Positions 57,865 to 64,000 of a stretch of 64,000 nt of DNA are shown piece after piece. The DNA comes from an uncultured delta proteobacterium (lineage in GTDB: Bacteria > Myxococcota_A > Polyangia > Polyangiales > B10-G4). Numbering within the stretch: the stretch's first letter is position 1; every line of letters starts with the position of its first letter. The position numbers were made by a program, and so were the translations under genes. The DNA lies in NCBI GenBank assembly GCA_963727445.1, contig CAVSGI010000027.1:192001-256000 (forward strand). Direction: 5' to 3'. The notes beneath the pieces were generated by a model, which saw only the letters and a program-made list of their open reading frames with translations, searched no databases and was not told the DNA's origin.

Positions 57865-59727
57865 TCAGCGCAGCGTCGCGCGACGACCGTCGATGCGTCG
57901 GGGCGCTCCGTAGCACCTCCAGCGCTCGTCGTCTTCCCGGCGCAGCCGGACCCGGGCCGCGTAGGCCCCCGGCTCCCCCGCCAGACCCTGGCCGATCTCG
58001 GCGAGATAGAGGTAGAGCGCGTCCGTTGGGTCGTCGACCAGGCCCAGCTCCTCCAGGCGCCGTCCGGCCTCGAGCGTGCCCTCTCTCAGGCGCAGCATCG
58101 CCGCCGCCAGCACCTCCGCGACGCGGCCCTTGGCGCTCGCGACCCGGCTCAGCAGCACGGTGAGCGAGCGCACGATACCCTCCCGGGTGCGGCCGAAGCT
58201 CTTTTCCCGCGCGGTGGCGAGGAGCCGGCGAGTCGCGTTGCGCCGCGCCCGCTCCGCCGCGTCGTCCGCCTCGCCCAGGTTCGCGCGCATCGCCTCGAGC
58301 ATCCGTTCGTCGTTGGCTCCGTACGGCAGCGGCACGACGTCGATCCCCAGAGGCCTGACGTCCGAGAGCGCCATCTGCAGCTCGGACCAGCGCCGCGCGA
58401 GAGGCGGCGCCATGCGACGGGGTGGGACGAGCTCGCCGTGCTCGGCCTCGATGCGCTTGGTCAGGCGCGCCATGCGCTCGTGGAGCTTGCGCCGGACGCG
58501 TGTCGGTCGCGGGCTCGCGAGGGCCGGATAGCACTCGCGCGGGATCGCGCCGATCGCCGCCTCGAGGGCGGCGAGCACCGTCACTGTCGCCATCCGGCCG
58601 CGGTCGAGAAGGCGGAAGGCCTCCACCACGAGCGACTGTCGCGCGCGCAGCTGTTCCATGAAGGCCTCGTCGGAGAGGCCGCGGAGGTCGACGGCGTCGA
58701 GCGCCGCGAGTCGGGTGACGGAGCTCTGCTCGAAGCGGCGGCAGGCAGCGAGGGGGGCCGCCACGTCAGCCGCGACCCGCGCCGCTCGCAGCGATGCCCG
58801 CGCCACCGAGACCGGCGCGCTCGGGCCGGTCGTTCTCGGATGACGGCTCCCTTCGAGTCGGCGGTAGGGCCGCGCGTAGATGCGCCGAACGGTGGCCTCG
58901 TCCGTGGGGTCCTCGTCGTCGCGTAGCGCCTTGTCGAGCGAATCGATGGCCATCGGCGCGACCGTCCCCTCGTCGGGCGCGACCAGCACCACGATGCGAA
59001 AGGGCGCTGGCGTGAAGGAGGGGCGGAGCGAGAGCGGTTCGACACCGGTCGCGGTGAATCGGCCACCCGAGCGGCACCAGGAGATCTCGGCGGGACGCCC
59101 CAGCACGAGCTGCGCGCGGTCGGCGAGGTCCGCGACCTTCGACGCGTCGAGATTGTCGAGGCTACCCTCCCCTCGATCGATCACCCGGATGGAACGCCGA
59201 TCTACGCGCCAAGGGTGAGCCGCCGACTCCCAGACCTTGATCTCGTCCGGGTCGCCCGTGATCGGATCGGCGCTCGCCGCCCGACCCGTCGGTCCGTCGT
59301 CGATGACGAGCACACGCACCGCGAGGCGTGTGAGGTTGCCCCCGAGCGCCGCGCGCACCTCCCGCGTGGCCACCGCGCGGACGAAGGCAGCGATGCGCGC
59401 GCCTCGATCGTCTCCGGGTGCGATCTCCACCACCATGCCGGGGCGTCGCTCGAAGCGCATCGCCACGGCACGGGTCGGGAACACCGGGGACAGAACCAAC
59501 CGCGCGCCCGCGCCACGCACGGACGCCACCGCGTCCTCGATGCGCTTCTGCGGATCGGTGCCGCGAAGGGTGACCAGCACCCCCTCCGACACCGGCACCC
59601 CGCCCTCCGACAGGCGCGCGAGGTCCACCGCCTCCTCCCCCCAGTCGGCGGCCTCCGCAATGCTCAGTCGTGACAGGGCCCTGAGGCCCTTCGGCAGCTC
59701 AGCTGCCGGCTGCGCGCTCTCGCCCAA
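57865..59727 (-). CDS. Degenerate PEP-synthase / rifampin-phosphotransferase-like protein lacking the phospho-His domain
   Basis: GEEAVDLARL...GVPV, ADPITGD, GRPAEISW, LEAGRRL...DALYL. Confidence 0.6.
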   Translation of the reverse strand: MGESAQPAAELPKGLRALSRLSIAEAADWGEEAVDLARLSEGGVPVSEGVLVTLRGTDPQKRIEDAVASVRGAGARLVLSPVFPTRAVAMRFERRPGMVVEIAPGDDRGARIAAFVRAVATREVRAALGGNLTRLAVRVLVIDDGPTGRAASADPITGDPDEIKVWESAAHPWRVDRRSIRVIDRGEGSLDNLDASKVADLADRAQLVLGRPAEISWCRSGGRFTATGVEPLSLRPSFTPAPFRIVVLVAPDEGTVAPMAIDSLDKALRDDEDPTDEATVRRIYARPYRRLEGSRHPRTTGPSAPVSVARASLRAARVAADVAAPLAACRRFEQSSVTRLAALDAVDLRGLSDEAFMEQLRARQSLVVEAFRLLDRGRMATVTVLAALEAAIGAIPRECYPALASPRPTRVRRKLHERMARLTKRIEAEHGELVPPRRMAPPLARRWSELQMALSDVRPLGIDVVPLPYGANDERMLEAMRANLGEADDAAERARRNATRRLLATAREKSFGRTREGIVRSLTVLLSRVASAKGRVAEVLAAAMLRLREGTLEAGRRLEELGLVDDPTDALYLYLAEIGQGLAGEPGAYAARVRLRREDDERWRCYGAPRRIDGRRATLR

Positions 59728-60903
59728 TCACCGCTCGACGACGACCGCCAGGGCCTCGCCGCCACCGATGCAGAGGGTGGCGAGCCCGCGCTTCACGTCG
59801 CGGTCCGCCATCGCGTAGATCAGCGTCGTCAGGATCCGAGCGCCGCTGGCGCCGATCGGGTGGCCGAGGGCCACCGCCCCGCCGTGAACGTTGGTCTTGG
59901 CGAGATCGATCTCCGCCTTCTTCGCGCACGCCATGGTGACGCAGGAGAAGGCCTCGTTGATCTCGAAGAGGTCGACGTCCGACACGGAGAGCGACGTCTT
60001 GCTCAGGACCTTCTCGATGGCACCCACCGGGGCGGTGGTGAACCATTCGGGCGCCTGCGCGTGGCCGCCATAGCCGACGACGCGGGCCAAGGGGGTCAGT
60101 CTGTGCTTCTTCACCGCCTCGCCGCTGGCGAGGATCAGTGCCGATGCACCGTCGTTGATCTTGGAGGCGTTGGCCGCGGTGATCGTGCCTTCCTTGTCGA
60201 AGGCTGGACGCAGGCTCGCCATCTTGTCGAGGCGGGCGCGCTTCGGCTCCTCGTCCTCCGACACGGTGACGTCGCCCTTGCGGCCCTTGATGGTGACCGG
60301 GACGATCTCAGCCGCCAGCTTGCCCGCTTCCTGCGCGGCGAGGGCGCGCTCGTAGCTGTGCTTGGCGAAGTCGTCCTGGGCCTCGCGGCTGAAGTCGAGC
60401 TCGCGCGCGCAGAGCTCACCGGCCATGCCCATGTGGTAGTTCTCGTAGGGATCCCAGAGCCCGTCGTGGATCATCGAGTCGATGATCTGTCCGTTGCCCA
60501 TGCGGTAGCCGCCCCGCGCCTTCGGCAACAGGTACGGCGCGTTGGTCATCGACTCCATGCCGCCCGCGATCACCAGCTCCGCGTCGCCCAGGAGAATGCT
60601 CTTGGTGCCGAGCACCACGGACATCAGGCCGGAGCCGCAGACCTTGCTGACCGTGGTCGCCGGGACGTGGTCGGGCACCCCCGCCGCCTTGGCCGCCTGG
60701 CGCGCCGGCGCCTGGCCGATACCCGCGCTCAGCACGTTGCCCATGTAGGTCTCACCCACGTCGTCGGCGGAAACCCCCGCGCGCGAGAGCGCCTCCGAAA
60801 TCGCGGTTGCGCCGAGCGACACTGCGGTCGCACCCGCCAGCTCACCCTGAAACGCGCCGATGGGAGTACGAGCCGCACCGACGATGAAGACCTCTCGAGC
60901 CAT
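59728..60903 (-). CDS. Acetyl-CoA acetyltransferase (thiolase)
   Basis: RTPIG, KVCGSG, GGMESM, NEAF, GHPIGASG, CIGGG. Confidence 0.95.
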   Translation of the reverse strand: MAREVFIVGAARTPIGAFQGELAGATAVSLGATAISEALSRAGVSADDVGETYMGNVLSAGIGQAPARQAAKAAGVPDHVPATTVSKVCGSGLMSVVLGTKSILLGDAELVIAGGMESMTNAPYLLPKARGGYRMGNGQIIDSMIHDGLWDPYENYHMGMAGELCARELDFSREAQDDFAKHSYERALAAQEAGKLAAEIVPVTIKGRKGDVTVSEDEEPKRARLDKMASLRPAFDKEGTITAANASKINDGASALILASGEAVKKHRLTPLARVVGYGGHAQAPEWFTTAPVGAIEKVLSKTSLSVSDVDLFEINEAFSCVTMACAKKAEIDLAKTNVHGGAVALGHPIGASGARILTTLIYAMADRDVKRGLATLCIGGGEALAVVVER

Positions 60904-61064
60904 GCAATCCTCCAAAAAGGCACCCCGCGCGCCGACGTTCTCCGCCGGACGGGGACGATCTGCGGGGATTCTGTCATTCGGCCCGCGCAGGTGTCAACCA
61001 GTCGGTCCATCACCGGGCCACAAATCCCGGCAAAGTTGGGGGTCGGGGTACGGAGAGGGCGCTC

Positions 61065-63176
61065 TCAGCCGCCGTCGACGACGGCGTCGGTGGCGGGGGC
61101 GTCCGTGCTCGCGTCCGTCGCGACACCGGTATCCACGGGGGGGGTGCCCGTGTCCCGCGCGCCGGTGTCCGGGGTCCCCGAGTCGAGGATCCCGGCATCG
61201 GTGGTCTCGAGGACGCAGCCTTCCCCGAAGGCGAGCGGCCCACGGGAGCTGGTTCGCTGCTTGAGGATGACCTCGGCGACGCGGATCGCCTCGATGGTGG
61301 TGTCGGTCGCGCGTCGGAAGCCGCCGGTGACGAGGAAGCGTGGATCGCTGCAGTCGAGCGCTCCCGCCGGGCAGACGTCGAGGCGCGTGACGCGATGCCC
61401 GAACCGGCCGGCGAGCAGCGCCGGCGGCAGGTCGTCGTCGGGATCGTTGTAGGCGCCACGATCACGGTCGACGGTGAAGATGCGGTCGGTCTCGGTGAAG
61501 AGCGTGCGGGGGGTGCAGCCGGTGGTGCCGCCACGCGTGCAGGAAGCGCCGCCAACCATCAAGAGCGAGTCGCGATCGAGCGCGGTGGCGGTGTGGAAGA
61601 CCGAGTTGTCGAATGGCTGTGCCGTGTAGGGAAGCACGCTGTCGACGCCGGACGCCGAGAGAGTGAGACGCAGAACGGGGCTATCCGGGGGGAAGGTCGT
61701 GATGCCGTTCTGACCGCAGGGAGCGGTGCCGCCGATGCAACCGACCTTGAGCCCTCCGATCAGCATCACCTCGGAAGCCGCGAGGGCGGTGGCCGTGTGG
61801 AACGCGGTGGAGGGAAGACCGGTGTTGGCCGCTACGTCTGCGGTCCCGCCCCCCTGTCGGAAGATCTGGCCCGCGGTGCTGTCGAGGATCGCGCCGTCGT
61901 TGGTGTTCATGTTGCCGCCCCACACGAACGCCTGACCGAGCTCTGGCAGCAGCGTCACCGAATGCCCGAAACGGTCCGCGTTGTTGGTGGAGCGCACCGC
62001 CATCGACGCGTCCTCCATCTTGGCGGCGGAGGAGATCCAGCGGTTGGTGCGCACGAAAGTCCACTGACCGGTCCCCGGCCCGCTGCTGAGGACGGCGTCG
62101 GTGACTCCGCCAGTGACCGGGAAGAAGGTCATCCCCGCGAGTGAGTCGGCGACGACGGCCCCATGGGGCTCGTCCATGTCCACCACCATCTGCTCGATGG
62201 AGTTGGTGGCGCGGTCGTAGGTGATGATCACGTCGGGCTCGGGGGTCGCGTTCTCTCCGATGAGCAGCGGTGTGCCGTAGTAGTTCTGCGACTGGTTCTG
62301 GTTGACGTCGTAGCGAAGAAGCGTGCCGAGCTCGTTGAAGCCTCCGGACACGTAGATCTGGAACTGGGTGGCGTCGGGGTCCTCGGTGAGGAGCGTCGCG
62401 CTGAACAGGACACGGGAGAAGGTGTTCTCGACCACCTCGATCCGATCCTCCTGCGCACGGTAGATCTCCACGACCGGCTGCGGCGGCGAGCCGACGCTCA
62501 TGGGTCCGAGGTCGTCGATCGCCGCCTCGCCGCGCACACCGCCGAAGATCAGCACGTCGCCATTCGGCAGGCGCACGGCCTGGTGAAACGCGCGGTCGCG
62601 CATCCGACGTTCGATCGCGCCGCTGAGGTTCGGTCCCGCGCAGGCGGTCTGGGCGAAGGGATACGCCCGCATGGAGACGGGCGCCGAAAAGAACTCGGCC
62701 GCGGGCACGCCGGTGCGGATACCGCGGTAGACCGGCATGCCGGAGTCATCGTAGAGCTCGGTCACGATCTCGAGGAAGCGGCCGTCGAGGGTGGGTTGCT
62801 CGGTCTCCGGATCGTCGAGCTGCACGATGAAAGAGAAGTCGTTGGAGGCGTCCACCGCCACCAGGGCCGAGGTCCCCAGCGGGCCCATGCCAGCCTCGGA
62901 GACGTCGGCAGCCGTGCAGCCGGCCTCCGGATCGCACGGAACCACCGCCCGCGCGACACATTCGGTGTCTCCAGGCGCGCGCTCGCAAACCGTGATCAGC
63001 GCGCAGGCGAAATTCGGCGGGGGATCTGCGGTCTCGGCCTCGCACATCGGATCGGTGGCCGCGATCTCGATGAGCAGCGAGCCGGTCGCGACGTCCCCGG
63101 AGCAACCGGCGAGCGGCGCCGCAGTCAGGAAGAGGCCCACCGCGAAAACGGACGGGTGTTGTCGCTTCGAGATCAA
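61065..63176 (-). CDS. Kelch/galactose-oxidase-like beta-propeller lipoprotein
   Basis: Lipobox LAGC; repeated RAFHQAVRL / RFGHSVTLL / FHTATAL...GG units; DAG-rich tail. Confidence 0.78.
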   Translation of the reverse strand: MISKRQHPSVFAVGLFLTAAPLAGCSGDVATGSLLIEIAATDPMCEAETADPPPNFACALITVCERAPGDTECVARAVVPCDPEAGCTAADVSEAGMGPLGTSALVAVDASNDFSFIVQLDDPETEQPTLDGRFLEIVTELYDDSGMPVYRGIRTGVPAAEFFSAPVSMRAYPFAQTACAGPNLSGAIERRMRDRAFHQAVRLPNGDVLIFGGVRGEAAIDDLGPMSVGSPPQPVVEIYRAQEDRIEVVENTFSRVLFSATLLTEDPDATQFQIYVSGGFNELGTLLRYDVNQNQSQNYYGTPLLIGENATPEPDVIITYDRATNSIEQMVVDMDEPHGAVVADSLAGMTFFPVTGGVTDAVLSSGPGTGQWTFVRTNRWISSAAKMEDASMAVRSTNNADRFGHSVTLLPELGQAFVWGGNMNTNDGAILDSTAGQIFRQGGGTADVAANTGLPSTAFHTATALAASEVMLIGGLKVGCIGGTAPCGQNGITTFPPDSPVLRLTLSASGVDSVLPYTAQPFDNSVFHTATALDRDSLLMVGGASCTRGGTTGCTPRTLFTETDRIFTVDRDRGAYNDPDDDLPPALLAGRFGHRVTRLDVCPAGALDCSDPRFLVTGGFRRATDTTIEAIRVAEVILKQRTSSRGPLAFGEGCVLETTDAGILDSGTPDTGARDTGTPPVDTGVATDASTDAPATDAVVDGG

Positions 63177-64000
63177 GAAAGCTCCTTTGGGGCGATGAGT
63201 CGTCGGATGATCCGCTCCGACACACTATACGGGTCGTCGCTCGAAGCCGCGATGGCGGTCGCGCCCGCTTCGAGCTCGGCCCCGCATCGAGCGAGCGCCG
63301 TGGCCAGGAGAGTATCGCGGAAAACGGCGGCGAGCTCCGCCTCGATCCGCGCTCTTCGCTGGGCAGCGCGCCGGTCGGGCGCTTCGATGAACGCGCGATG
63401 GGACTCGCAGGCCTCCACCAGGGCGTCGATCCCCTCCCCGCGCACGGCCACCGTCTTGACGACGGGGGGCGTGAAGCGGCCGTCCACCTCGCCACTCGGC
63501 GCCGCGACCCGGGCGGCGGAGTGACCGTGCGGCGACTTCTGAGCGCGTGCCATCTGCGCATCGAGCGCGATCATCTGCTCGAGGTCACGCATCGTCGCGT
63601 CGGCGCCGTCCCGGTCGGCCTTGTTCACCGCAAAGACGTTCGCCACCTCGAGGATGCCCGCCTTGATCGCTTGAATGTCGTCGCCCATCCCCGGCGCCAT
63701 CACGACCACCGTGGTGTGGGCGAGGCGCGCCACCTCGAGCTCGTCCTGACCGACGCCCACCGTCTCGACGATGATCACGCCGAAGCCGGCGGCATCGAGG
63801 ACGTGGGTCACGTCGGAGGCGGAACGGGAGAGGCCCCCGAGCTGGCCGCGGGTGGCGAGGGAGCGGATGAACACTTCGTCGTCGAGGAAGTGGCGCTGCA
63901 TGCGGATCCGGTCGCCGAGGATGGCGCCGCCGCTGAAGGGGCTCGTGGGGTCGACGGCGATGACGCCGACCTTGTGGCCCCGCTCGCGATAGGCCGTGAC
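63173..64000 (-). CDS. meaB: Methylmalonyl-CoA mutase-associated GTPase (5' partial)
   Basis: AVDPTSPFSGGAILGDRIRM, FIRSLATRG, ETVGVGQ, IQAIKAG, NKAD. Confidence 0.93.
   Translation of the reverse strand, partial: VTAYRERGHKVGVIAVDPTSPFSGGAILGDRIRMQRHFLDDEVFIRSLATRGQLGGLSRSASDVTHVLDAAGFGVIIVETVGVGQDELEVARLAHTTVVVMAPGMGDDIQAIKAGILEVANVFAVNKADRDGADATMRDLEQMIALDAQMARAQKSPHGHSAARVAAPSGEVDGRFTPPVVKTVAVRGEGIDALVEACESHRAFIEAPDRRAAQRRARIEAELAAVFRDTLLATALARCGAELEAGATAIAASSDDPYSVSERIIRRLIAPKELS

Overview
GC-rich bacterial chromosome segment, most likely Myxococcota (Polyangia/Sandaracinaceae-like). This is inferred from the Hanks-type kinases, the FG-GAP, RCC1 and Kelch lipoproteins with DAG/DGG linkers, and the alternative complex III (ACIII) operon. 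Content is mostly housekeeping and envelope genes: pdxA, rnpB, pgsA, hisZ-purA, ridA, thiolase-hbd-crt, meaB, two aldehyde dehydrogenases and a peptide ABC transporter. Notable items are a translationally coupled beta-barrel plus 13-heme cytochrome pair near TlpA/DsbA genes, an ACIII operon lacking actE, an intact IS256 with an 8-bp target duplication, an 82-bp CTAG-flanked MITE, and a structured REP-like repeat cluster downstream of rnpB. Several unusual fusions or pseudo-enzymes are also present. Clustered frameshifts at about 10.7, 21.7-24.0 and 43.4-45.3 kb probably reflect consensus errors. All calls come from reading motifs by eye; no database searches were run.
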